The notes beneath the pieces are model-generated. The model did not search any database and was not told the origin of the DNA. It saw only the letters and a list, made by a program, of their open reading frames with translations. Below are positions 30,535 to 42,399 of a stretch of DNA of 64,000 nt, in pieces. Source of the DNA: Eledone cirrhosa. Its lineage: Eukaryota. Both the position numbers and the translations under genes were made by a program. Where the stretch lies: contig OZ024745.1 of assembly GCA_964016885.1 (NCBI GenBank), forward strand, positions 38,750,001-38,814,000. The letters run 5' to 3'. Position 1 is the first letter of the stretch. Each line of letters begins with the position of its first letter.

Positions 30535-30630
30535 CTTTACCAGTAGTGAAAGTGCAGCTATTCCATGAGGTGCTCGTATACTGTCCGAAAAATTTGGATA
30601 CAGCTCGGCATTATAAAAGAATATATGTAT
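30535..30630 (-). CDS. Exon of a carbonic anhydrase-related protein (CA10/CA11-like), 32 codons, phase 0/0
   Basis: ttttttccag|IHIFFYNAELYPNFSDSIRAPHGIAALSLLVK|gtgagt; aligns by eye to the CA10 segment [32 protein letters not shown]; not in the ORF track. Confidence 0.9.
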
Positions 30631-30849
30631 CTGGAAAAAATAGAGAAAAATATGAAAGAATTAGAGTCATATTTAGCGGCTTTTTTTTAAAGCCCGAAAC
30701 AGGAAGGAAATTCAATCATGTACAGTCAAGCTTTAGTGGCTATTAACTAAACAACGTTGCATCTTGCCCACCAGTCTTGAAACCTTTAATCTCAAATATA
30801 CAATTTATCCAGAGTATTGGAGTATATAAGAATATTGAACATAATTCGT

Positions 30850-31500
30850 AATATAATCGTCATGTCTACCCACAGCACAGGCTGACAGAATAGAGAAGGT
30901 GTTTCCCCGGAGGACGGCAAGGGAGACGCGATTATATTTGTTTTCTCTAAACATATCCAAATCAATGGATTTCCAAGTGAGACCAACCGAGTTCATGTAT
31001 ATTATCCAGCCATCTACCTCCGGGTCTAGCTATTGTACTCCTGGCGGACATCAGTTCTATCTCGTCTTTCCCTAGCCGATGATGAGTGCTGCGAAAGGCC
31101 GAAAATATCAACCGAAATCCGGGATGCCCTCGTCCCCATCACAAGGCGCATGTCACCCGGTTTAGATGGTCAGCCCTACGAGTTTTATATAGATAAACTA
31201 GACTGGTTGTACAATCATCTCGATGCGGTCTACTACAACAATAAACGAGAGTATTCCAGGTTCTACTAGCCAGGTTGTATTAACGCTGATGAGTAAATAT
31301 GAGAACACGAGGGGTAAGATAGAAAATGTCAGGCTCATATCACTGCTAAATGCAGTGTTAAATATTTCAGCCAAAGTATTAACGAATAGGTTTGCGTTTG
31401 TTGTCGATGGTTTAGTAGTGGAGGCGAAATCACGACCAGATCCAAAGACGACAAAGTCCAACTCATGCTCTACATCATAGACATTGATAGGTGTAAACCT
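30850..31500 (+). mobile_element. Decayed Tx1/L1-clade RT N-terminal fragment
   Basis: SPGLDGQPYEFY and RLISLLNAVLNISAKVLTNRF motifs in two frames. Confidence 0.75.
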
Positions 31501-32030
31501 GGTTTTGGTAGGACTATTCACACGGACCATTTTTGCAACAAATCCCCATCTTTTAGCAAATGTACTGGTGGGCAGCACTACCCATTCGACCCTTTCCTTC
31601 CATTCCAAGTTTTTCTCGCCTATGTGTTTCGCCTATGTGACGAGTTTCAGCGTAGTTTCCTTCTGCGAAATTGTATGACTCTTTTATAAACTGCCATACT
31701 GTTGGATTAATCGCCAAACCAAGTCTCTCATTCGCACGACAAAGTGGGGTCAGCATTCTTAATTTAGCCTTGATTGACAGGATAGTTCATCAAACCAGTT
31801 CATTAATGTTTCCTCATTTTATGGCCTCCGGTAGACTGAAATGCCAAAGCGACTTCGGCTTAAATTGAGATCAGAATGTTAAATGTACTAATTTCCAAAC
31901 ATATGTAATTATCATCTCTCTCTCTCTATCTATTTCTCTGTACATATTTATATATATATCTATATATCTATTTATATATATATATATATAAAGGTACATA
32001 TATATATATATATATATAAAGGTACATATT

Positions 32031-32063
<33 letters not shown>

Positions 32064-32437
32064 ATATATAAAGGTGTTAACCGAACAGGGATGTGTGGAC
32101 CACAATATGGTATGTTGGTTGTGAAGTAGATAACATTAAGCGCTCAACAACCTGTATTAAGGGTTCAAGCCGGAGTATTATATATCAATATAAAATCCGA
32201 GGTCATATTCAGTTGGTTCAGGTTTATTTAAAATGAGTCATACATATTTCGCTGAAGATTCTCAGTTATGATACCCTGAGTTCTTCAGACGGCAAAACAT
32301 AAAACAATGAAAGTTCATAAAAAGCCATATACATTTGCAAAATAATATTTCAAATCTTTACAATAAATCGTTGTTGATATTAGTTCTCTTTCTCTCATTC
32401 CCCCACTCAAGTTATCTATCTATCTATCTATCTATAA

Positions 32438-32533
<96 letters not shown>

Positions 32534-32537
32534 TATT

Positions 32538-32633
<96 letters not shown>

Positions 32634-32656
32634 CATATATACATATATATACATAC

Positions 32657-32707
<51 letters not shown>

Positions 32708-32902
32708 TATATACATATAAATATATATATACATATATATATATATATACATATATATATACATAGGTATAGGATTATCCAAGATGCAGTGATGGTTAAT
32801 TACTACACTGGATATGGTTGACGTACGGTAAGAGGTTACTCTACGAGTTATGGAAGAATTGTTCAAGAAACTTAGTTCCTGATCCTTCAGTATTCCGGAG
32901 TG

Positions 32903-33171
32903 TATATAAAGAATGAATAATAACAGGTAGACATCATAAAAAGGTAGTTTATTCCGTGTGCTTACAAGTGTTTCCACGGTGGTACTGCAGCCTAGTTCCG
33001 CTACGTGCTAATTCACAAGTATTTGCAGAACTCGGATATCCAATGCGAGTTCTGCAAATACTTGTGAATTTGCACGTAGCGGAACTAGGCTGCAGTACCA
33101 CCGTGGAAACACTTGTAAGCACACGGAATAAACTACCTTTTTATGATGTCTACCTGTTATTATTCATTCTT

Positions 33172-33177
<6 letters not shown>
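32903..33177. repeat. Near-perfect palindrome: 132-bp arms (32903-33034 / 33046-33177), 11-nt loop
   Basis: Arms are exact reverse complements apart from one mismatch seen (gctaatt vs gcaaatt); embedded between (TA)n tracts. Confidence 0.95.
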
Positions 33178-33217
<40 letters not shown>

Positions 33218-33332
33218 CATATATATATACATATATATATATATATAACTTTGAATAACTTTGAAATGTTTTGGCCAGTATTGGCCCAGGCCACGTCTAA
33301 CTTAATAGCACCACCTGGCGAAGTCTTTCAAT

Positions 33333-36300
33333 TCAGGATTTGGGCACCATGGCCCATTCGAGAAGAGAATTACTGTTTGCGGAGACATATCCGGGTGTGG
33401 GTGGTTTGTCCGGGATTACTTGGAGGAATTTGTCCAAAGACTTCTTGAATTTTGTGTGGTCAGTTTCTGTTTTGACGTGTCCTGGTGTGATGTTGAAGAG
33501 AGCAGGGCCGATTGAGGTGAAATAATTGTGCCGTATTGTTGTTATGAGTTGCGATTTAGATTTTTGAATGGGACGGATAGCAAGGGGCCCAAGCCTTGGG
33601 TGTATCTTGAAGGCGATGCCAACATCATTTGGGCAGTGATGATGGAACATTTTCCACATCATGCAGATAATATAACGCTCACGGCGACGTTGGAGTGAGT
33701 AAAGTTTCAGGTTTTCTAATCGACCCCAGTAGTCAAGGTCTGACATGCCATCTATCTTTTTCGTGATTGCCCTTTGAGGAGCTTCAAGTTTCATGATACT
33801 TTGTTTCGTGTGGGGAGACCACAGTGGACAACAGTATTCAAGGTGTGGTCGGGCAAAAGTAGAGAAGAGAAGGATAATGGTGCGGGAATCTCTCGACTGG
33901 AAGGTTCTGTGGATCCAGGAACACATTCTGCGGGCCATGTCAACTTTGCTGCTTATATGCGTGGTCCAGCTTATGTTGCTGTCCACGGTTACTCCCAAGT
34001 CTCTGATGTTGTTAGATGCCACAAGAGTTTCCCCGGAGGGAAGGGAGTACGGGAGTTTCAGAGCATCCTCTTTTCCAAAGTGGATCAGTTCGAATTTGTC
34101 TTCGTTCAGTAACATGTTGTTCTTTTCCGCCCATTGGGTAACAGCCAGTAGGTCTGACTGAAGGCTTATCCGGTCATCCACGCCATTGATGACCTTTTGG
34201 AGCTTGGAATCATCAGCGAAAATTTTAATGTTGCTGTGTTTGATGATGTCAGTGATGTCATTAATATAGATGATGAAGAGAAGTGGGCCCAACACAGTGC
34301 CTTGTGGGACCCCACTACTGACTTTGGCTGGGCTGGATTTGACTCCCTCAACTACAACATGTTGGGTTCTGTTTGACAGGAAGCTCTTGATCCACTGCAG
34401 CAGCTTTCCAGTGACACCAATATTGGACAGCTTTCTCAGTAGAATGTTATAATCAACCCTGTCAAAGGCCTTGCTGAAATCAAGGTAGATAACATCAGTG
34501 TTGGAACCCTCTCCCAAGGCTCTCAAAATGTCATCAAAGTGATGCAGTAGCTGCGTTAGGCAATCCCTTCCATTACGGAATCCATGCTGGTTGGAGTTCA
34601 GCATATTGTTACTCTCAAGGAAGTGGGTCATTCGCGATCTCACCACTCGCTCAAATACCTTAATGATATGAGAGGTGAGTGAGATTGGACGGTAATTCAC
34701 GGCAAGGGATTTGTTTCCCTTTTTGAAAACTGGGACAACAGACTGGGATAGAAGGTTTTCTGGCACATATCCAGCATCCAGTGAGTTCCGCCACAGATTG
34801 ACAATAGGAGATGCAAGTTGGTGTTGACACGCCTTCAAGACACAAGCAGGGAACCTATCGGGACCTACTGCTGAATTATGCTTGATTTCCTTTATTGCCG
34901 CCAAGACATCAGGGGCGCCAAACGTTATGTCCGATAAGGTGTAATGGGGAGTAACATCGCCGATACAGCCCAGATCGGCCATATCAGGATTGCTGAAAAC
35001 AGAGCAGTATTGTTTCTGCAGTATCTCACCCATGGTTTTAGCATTGTCTTGAAGAGTGCCATTTTCATCAATTAGAGGGCCAACAGTAGAGCCAGTGATT
35101 TTGTGTTTTTTTGCAAATGAAAAGAACACTTTGGGATTGAGTTTGATCTTCTCAATGGCCCAGGCCTCTTCAGCTCTTCTCTGATTGTTGATGAGGGACA
35201 TTATGTTGTTTTGGAGGTTATGTTTTTTAATCTCTAGTGATGAAATGGCAGTCAAGTTGATGTGTTGCTGCTGACAGTATTTCAGCTTGTTGATTTTTTT
35301 GTTCGTTCTCTTAATTTTTCTGATGAGCGTTTTTCTATTTCTAGGGATTCTGCTCTTAGATTTGTTTATAGTTCTTAATGGGGTGTGTTTAGCACATATG
35401 TTTGTAACAGTGTCCACAAATGTCTGCCAGGACTTTTTGATGTTAGTGGGTGTATGAGTGTGCGTGAAGGACCAGTCGACATGTGCAAGATCATGACTGA
35501 TCGCTTCCCAGTTTGCATTGTGGAAATCCATAGCGTCAAACGGATGGACAGGAGAGATGACATTGGGTTTGTATATTGGACGGTGGAATCTCAGATCACA
35601 GAGAACCATGTCATGATCAGAGAGTAGAGTTTTCTCCACTGCAATATTGTGGATATTGTCAGTGTGATTGCTGAAAATTAAGTCTAGGACGTTTTTGTGG
35701 CACCTCGTTCGTTCGAGCACCAGTTGGGATAGGAAGAAATCATCCATGAAGTCAAGAAGCGATTCCACAGCTTCCCTGTCTGAGGTTGAGGCAGAAGAAC
35801 CTGGTGGCAGGCTGTTTGTGGACCAGTCAACTCCGGGGAGGTTGAAGTCCCCCATCATTAAGATGTTGTCAGGGTGACACTCTTGGATGAAACACTTTAT
35901 GCTGTTGAGGCATTCCTTGAAGCATGGTACAGGCGTTTGGGGTGGCCTATAGAGCCCAACTACTAATAGGTTGTTGGTTTGACTGAATAGAGTGACTGCT
36001 TCACAGTATCCATTAGTGAATATGTTCATAGCCTCTGTTGAGAAAGAATTATGGACATAAATGGCAGTTCCGCCCTTTCTTTTGCCAGCGCGATCAGCAC
36101 GGATGGCTTTGAAATTTTTCACTTTCACCTCGGCTTCCAAGTGGAGGTTACTGAGATGGGTTTCAGTGAGGACGAAGAAAGGGATGTGGTTTGGATGGAC
36201 ATCAATCCAGTCCTCCAGGAATTTGATCTTCCATTTTTGAGTATTGGTGGAAGGGCTGATGCCTTGGGCGTTAAGCAAAAATGTAGAGGCGAGAGTGGAT

Positions 36301-36353
36301 GGTTTTAATTGTTTTGGTGTGTTGCTAATTTGTTTGTTTGTTAATGGCAGCAA
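33333..36353 (-). CDS. LINE ORF2: AP endonuclease + reverse transcriptase (frame is open up to 36470)
   Basis: Uninterrupted. EN motifs NAQG, LTETHL, GLYRPP, MGDFN, LDLIF, SDH; RT motifs NYRPISLTS, QHGFR, YLDFSKAFD, GVPQGTVLGPLLF, FADD; CR1-like SLQRRRER. The annotated start is TTG, not ATG. Confidence 0.97.
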   Translation of the reverse strand: MLPLTNKQISNTPKQLKPSTLASTFLLNAQGISPSTNTQKWKIKFLEDWIDVHPNHIPFFVLTETHLSNLHLEAEVKVKNFKAIRADRAGKRKGGTAIYVHNSFSTEAMNIFTNGYCEAVTLFSQTNNLLVVGLYRPPQTPVPCFKECLNSIKCFIQECHPDNILMMGDFNLPGVDWSTNSLPPGSSASTSDREAVESLLDFMDDFFLSQLVLERTRCHKNVLDLIFSNHTDNIHNIAVEKTLLSDHDMVLCDLRFHRPIYKPNVISPVHPFDAMDFHNANWEAISHDLAHVDWSFTHTHTPTNIKKSWQTFVDTVTNICAKHTPLRTINKSKSRIPRNRKTLIRKIKRTNKKINKLKYCQQQHINLTAISSLEIKKHNLQNNIMSLINNQRRAEEAWAIEKIKLNPKVFFSFAKKHKITGSTVGPLIDENGTLQDNAKTMGEILQKQYCSVFSNPDMADLGCIGDVTPHYTLSDITFGAPDVLAAIKEIKHNSAVGPDRFPACVLKACQHQLASPIVNLWRNSLDAGYVPENLLSQSVVPVFKKGNKSLAVNYRPISLTSHIIKVFERVVRSRMTHFLESNNMLNSNQHGFRNGRDCLTQLLHHFDDILRALGEGSNTDVIYLDFSKAFDRVDYNILLRKLSNIGVTGKLLQWIKSFLSNRTQHVVVEGVKSSPAKVSSGVPQGTVLGPLLFIIYINDITDIIKHSNIKIFADDSKLQKVINGVDDRISLQSDLLAVTQWAEKNNMLLNEDKFELIHFGKEDALKLPYSLPSGETLVASNNIRDLGVTVDSNISWTTHISSKVDMARRMCSWIHRTFQSRDSRTIILLFSTFARPHLEYCCPLWSPHTKQSIMKLEAPQRAITKKIDGMSDLDYWGRLENLKLYSLQRRRERYIICMMWKMFHHHCPNDVGIAFKIHPRLGPLAIRPIQKSKSQLITTIRHNYFTSIGPALFNITPGHVKTETDHTKFKKSLDKFLQVIPDKPPTPGYVSANSNSLLEWAMVPKS

Positions 36354-37498
36354 TGGGAGTTTGTGCAGTGGGGTGATAGTGGAGGGTGGTGCTGGGTGAT
36401 AGCTCGAATGTTTTTTTCCAGTTCTTTTGCCAGATTCATTATGGCTAAAAAAGAGGAAGAATTTTCCTGTTTAGAAGACTGTTGGTGACTGTGGTAGTGG
36501 TTATTTTTATGTAGGCTATGGTTTTTGTTTTTGCTTTTATTTTTAATTTTATTTTCATTTGTCCGACGGGTCCCCGGGAGATGGGTAAAGGGACAATCCC
36601 GGTCAAAACACAATCTGTCTCGCAGGGAAAAACGGCAGATTTGTGGATTCCTTGTTTGAGTTATTGGTGGTTGTGTTGGTGTTAAATTAGAGTATGTATT
36701 ATGGTGGTGGCTGTTTGTGGGGATAGATCGTTTTGTCCTAGGTAAATGGGTGAATTTGCAGCCACTATCCGTACATATTCTATAGCGTAGAGAGTAGCGG
36801 CAAATGATGGGGTTTCGAGTGGGTGGGTATGTGGGTGTGTGTGTTGTGAGAGGTGTAGATGATGGTTTGGGTAGGATTATACGACCTTTGTGGACTGTGG
36901 GAGGGAGAGTTCTTGTACTGGTATTAGAAGGTAAATTCCTTGACATAGCAGTAGACGAAAATGTTGTAGTAGTAGTAGTAGTAGTAGTAGGCAGAGATGT
37001 TGGCAGTGGTGATGATTGGACTGCTGGGCCAGAGAAAGGAAGTGGCGTTTCATGCTGTGAGACAGAGGCTACTGGGGGGTCAATAGTTTCATTTAGTAGA
37101 TCGGCCATTGTTGATGAATCAAGGAGTGGTTCACACTGTTGTTGTCGTTGTTGTTGTTGTTGCTGCTGATGTTGATGTTGTTGTTGTAGCTGTTGTTGTT
37201 GTTGCTGTTGTAGCTGCTGTTGTTGTTGTTGCTGCTGCTGGACAGCATTCGAAGAGAAAACACACCGTAATTTATCCAAATGTTTATTGATTAATTTAAA
37301 AGCAATTTCGATTTGCTTTAATTTATTTTGAATCTGTTGTTCAGATCGAGTTTTCAAAAATTGAACTGTACGTTTAGCAATGTCGTTCAGAGATGAAGCA
37401 TCTATATCTTCTGTTTGGGAAAGGCAATGCCATGTGTTTATTAGAATGTCGATTTCATTATCAGACCAGTTCTGTTTGGATTTTTGCTGGTTAGCCAT
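36341..37498 (-). CDS. LINE ORF1: Myb/SANT-like N-terminus, polyQ, low-complexity linker, two CCCH-type zinc fingers
   Basis: 385-aa ATG-started ORF directly upstream of ORF2; WSDNEIDILINTW..RSEQQIQNKLK; CRYSLRYRICTDSGCKFTH and CRFSLRDRLCFDRDCPFTH (C-x8-C-x4-C-x3-H). Confidence 0.85.
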   Translation of the reverse strand: MANQQKSKQNWSDNEIDILINTWHCLSQTEDIDASSLNDIAKRTVQFLKTRSEQQIQNKLKQIEIAFKLINKHLDKLRCVFSSNAVQQQQQQQQQLQQQQQQQLQQQHQHQQQQQQQRQQQCEPLLDSSTMADLLNETIDPPVASVSQHETPLPFSGPAVQSSPLPTSLPTTTTTTTTTFSSTAMSRNLPSNTSTRTLPPTVHKGRIILPKPSSTPLTTHTPTYPPTRNPIICRYSLRYRICTDSGCKFTHLPRTKRSIPTNSHHHNTYSNLTPTQPPITQTRNPQICRFSLRDRLCFDRDCPFTHLPGTRRTNENKIKNKSKNKNHSLHKNNHYHSHQQSSKQENSSSFLAIMNLAKELEKNIRAITQHHPPLSPHCTNSHCCH

Positions 37499-37759
37499 TC
37501 TAGTTTTGAGTGTGTGTGTGTTTTAGTTAAGTATTTCAATATATATATATTTTTTTTAAAATTTATTTTTGATTTATTTTTGTTTTTTGTTTTTCTTGTG
37601 TGTGAGTGAGAAGAGTATATATATAAATATGAGTATATATATATATATATATGTATATTCTGGTTATTTGAAATTAATTAAGTTAATGAAAAGACGAAAG
37701 TATATAATAATAATTTGTAGTTAAAGGAAAATGTACTCACAAGTTCGAAAACACGTGGT

Positions 37760-37860
37760 TTCAAATATATAATAATATAGATGTATGTAAATGTATTAAC
37801 CGGTCAATTTTCAAATATATAATAATATAGATGTATGTAAATGTATTAACCGGTCAATTT
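37760..37860. repeat. Exact ~50-bp tandem duplication in the LINE 5'UTR
   Basis: ttcaaatatataataatatagatgtatgtaaatgtattaaccggtcaatt occurs twice back to back. Confidence 0.9.
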
Positions 37861-37967
37861 TTGTTTGTTTGGTTTTGTCTTGTGGTTTTGTTTTGTGGCT
37901 GTGTGACTTGCTGCTTACTCGGGGAGAGAAGTAGAAACACGTCCTTATACTTCAACTGCTCAACTGC

Positions 37968-39747
<1,780 letters not shown>

Positions 39748-39827
39748 TGTAAGAGAGTATTCTTTTCCTTTATCATCCACCTAGACATTTCAATACATAC
39801 ATATATATATACACATATACATATTTA

Positions 39828-39955
<128 letters not shown>

Positions 39956-40693
39956 ATTGTGTATGTGTGTGTCCGAGAATCTAATTAGTGGTAACTCAAT
40001 AGAAATACAATTGTACAGGATGTTATGAAGAACATGGCAGTGATATACTGGAAGGAAATTCAATCATATACAAGGGACATGGAGGTCATTAGAAAGATGG
40101 GAAGGAGGGCTTGAGGTGAAATGTTTCTTTTTTATTTTATAAATCCGATATGACGGCCAATTTATGAAACACATTTCTATCATTGATTTAGAAATATGTA
40201 ACATTGGGAAATATGATACCCCAAAAATAATTAAATCGAGAATAAAAACAATAACAGGATATTGTAATTTCTTGATCAATCGATAATTGCAATTTATCGA
40301 TTAAACGTTTTACTGCTGTTCGGATATTGAGGAGAATCGGAAGTGATGCTGGTGTATAAAACACCAAGTAATCTGTGAGGAAGAGATAGTATGAGATATG
40401 AGAATAATATAGGAAGGAAGACATCATGGACAATATTTGGAAAATTATGAAATGTTCTAATTTAGGAATATAGACAGCAATATTATGGGAAGGGATGAGG
40501 CGATGTTGTCGATACAAATGCTGTTCTGTATTTATTTCATCAACGTCCGGAGGGTTGAAAGACACAATTCGCAACAATGTTGCACTCAGAATATAAGGTG
40601 CCATGACTAACTATGGAATTGTATGTCGTAAGATGCACTAGCAATTATGTGTATTCAGTGTACCCATAAAACAAGTAATACATTTAGAAATAT

Positions 40694-40812
40694 AATTGTT
40701 TCTACATTAAGGCAAAAAGCCAGCACTCAACCAGTGTATTACTGGTACTTTATTGTATCGACCCCGTAAGGATGAAAGGCAAAGTTAACCTCGGCGGAAT
40801 TTGAACACAGAA
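40694..40812 (-). mobile_element. 5'-truncated Nin-core SINE
   Basis: Core tactggtactttattgtatcgaccccgtaaggatgaaaggcaaagttaacctcggcggaatttgaac. Confidence 0.85.
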
Positions 40813-40898
40813 TGGCAAGGACCGTTTAGAAATATAATGATAACTTAATACCCAGTAACCACAGTATTTTTAACAGCCTTATGTGACAATATATATAT

Positions 40899-41185
40899 TT
40901 ACATATAAGTGTGTATACGTACATACATATATGTATACAGACGTACAGTAGTATGTATGTATATATACATACATGCACACATATATATATGTACGTATGG
41001 ATTCACCGAACATTTATTATAATGCTCGGTGTGTTTGTAAATAAACATCCCGAATTCAGCCGTACAGTGTATACGATGGTTGCTAGACACTGTACGGCTT
41101 AATTCGGGATGTCGTTTTACAAACACACTGAGCATTATAATAAATGTTCGGCGAATCCATACGTACATATATATATGGGTGCTTG

Positions 41186-41247
<62 letters not shown>

Positions 41248-41297
41248 CTACTGTACTTCTGTATACATATATGTATGTACGTATACATACTTATATT
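40899..41297. repeat. Foldback inverted repeat of the same family as 7490-7722
   Basis: Arms ~40899-41070 and ~41087-41297 (ggattcaccgaacatttattataatgctc / gagcattataataaatgttcggcgaatcc). Confidence 0.9.
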
Positions 41298-41417
41298 TAA
41301 GTAACAGCCGTACTAAGAGTGAGAAATGAAATTTCGTTTCATTTTATCCGTTAATATATTTATGTATATATATATATATATATATATGGGCTCTGCCGTC
41401 GGGGTCTTGAACATTTT

Positions 41418-41461
<44 letters not shown>

Positions 41462-41616
41462 TCCACAACAGTTATTTCACCATACCGAGAACAAATGTTT
41501 TACTGTTGTGGAACTACTTCTACCAAACTCGTCACATGGACTGACTGCTCTACTACTACGGATATAACCTTCCAGTGTTCTACTATATATATATATATAT
41601 GTTATGTGTGTGTTAA

Positions 41617-41648
<32 letters not shown>

Positions 41649-41849
41649 AAATTTGAAGACTAAAATCCAAAGAAGATCCCGTTAAGGGTGAAAGCAGTGA
41701 TTCTTTGCTCAATCTTTAATCTGTTATTTTAATAATTAATATATATATATATATATATTTATATATATGTATTGAAATTTCATAATTAATCAAATAAGAA
41801 GGTCGGAATCCAAGTATTCCTTTATTGTAATAAAACATTTATTCTACTT

Positions 41850-42300
41850 CTTCCCCCACTCAATCCTCTGAGGTTCGTGGGGGCAGTGTCCTCAAGCACA
41901 GCTCGCAACGAGTCGCATCAGAAGCAACCGTATCCTGTTGATCCGGCTGGATCCACAAGGAAGAACAGCCAAGCTCATAAATATTTACCAAATAAATTGC
42001 TTGTGATCTAAACGTTGGTCTCCGACCGGCTTTTTTGGCTCGTAAAATCTGTCTAGCGATTCTTTCCAGAGACATTGTAACCACACGCTGATAGTCTCGA
42101 AGCTGTGATATCTCAATTCGCACGTTAAGCCAATTATGTGATTGAAAATATATATATAGTAAACTTTGTTCGGTTTCTTTAATTGCAGCGTCAGCGCTCC
42201 CCAGTTCACTCAATGGGGAATTCTCACGTATTATTGCCAGGTAGCATGGACGTCCTCTAAGATATCGCCGAGGACAGACCATTAAAGCTAGGCAACTTAC
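41850..42300 (-). mobile_element. Decayed RTE-like LINE 3' fragment
   Basis: ..SLERIARQILRAKKAGRRPTF.. resembles the RTE C-terminal R.P..IL...GRP motif. Confidence 0.45.
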
Positions 42301-42399
42301 CATGGAAGTGCCGTCAATAGGGCATGTCCGATATGCACACAGGGTGATAAAACTCTCATGTACACATCTGTTGAATGTGAAAGGACTGCTTAAATATGG

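Noticed and set aside
33340-37290. Plus-strand ORFs overlapping the LINE
   Set aside because: Antisense shadows of the LINE ORFs with no recognisable motifs
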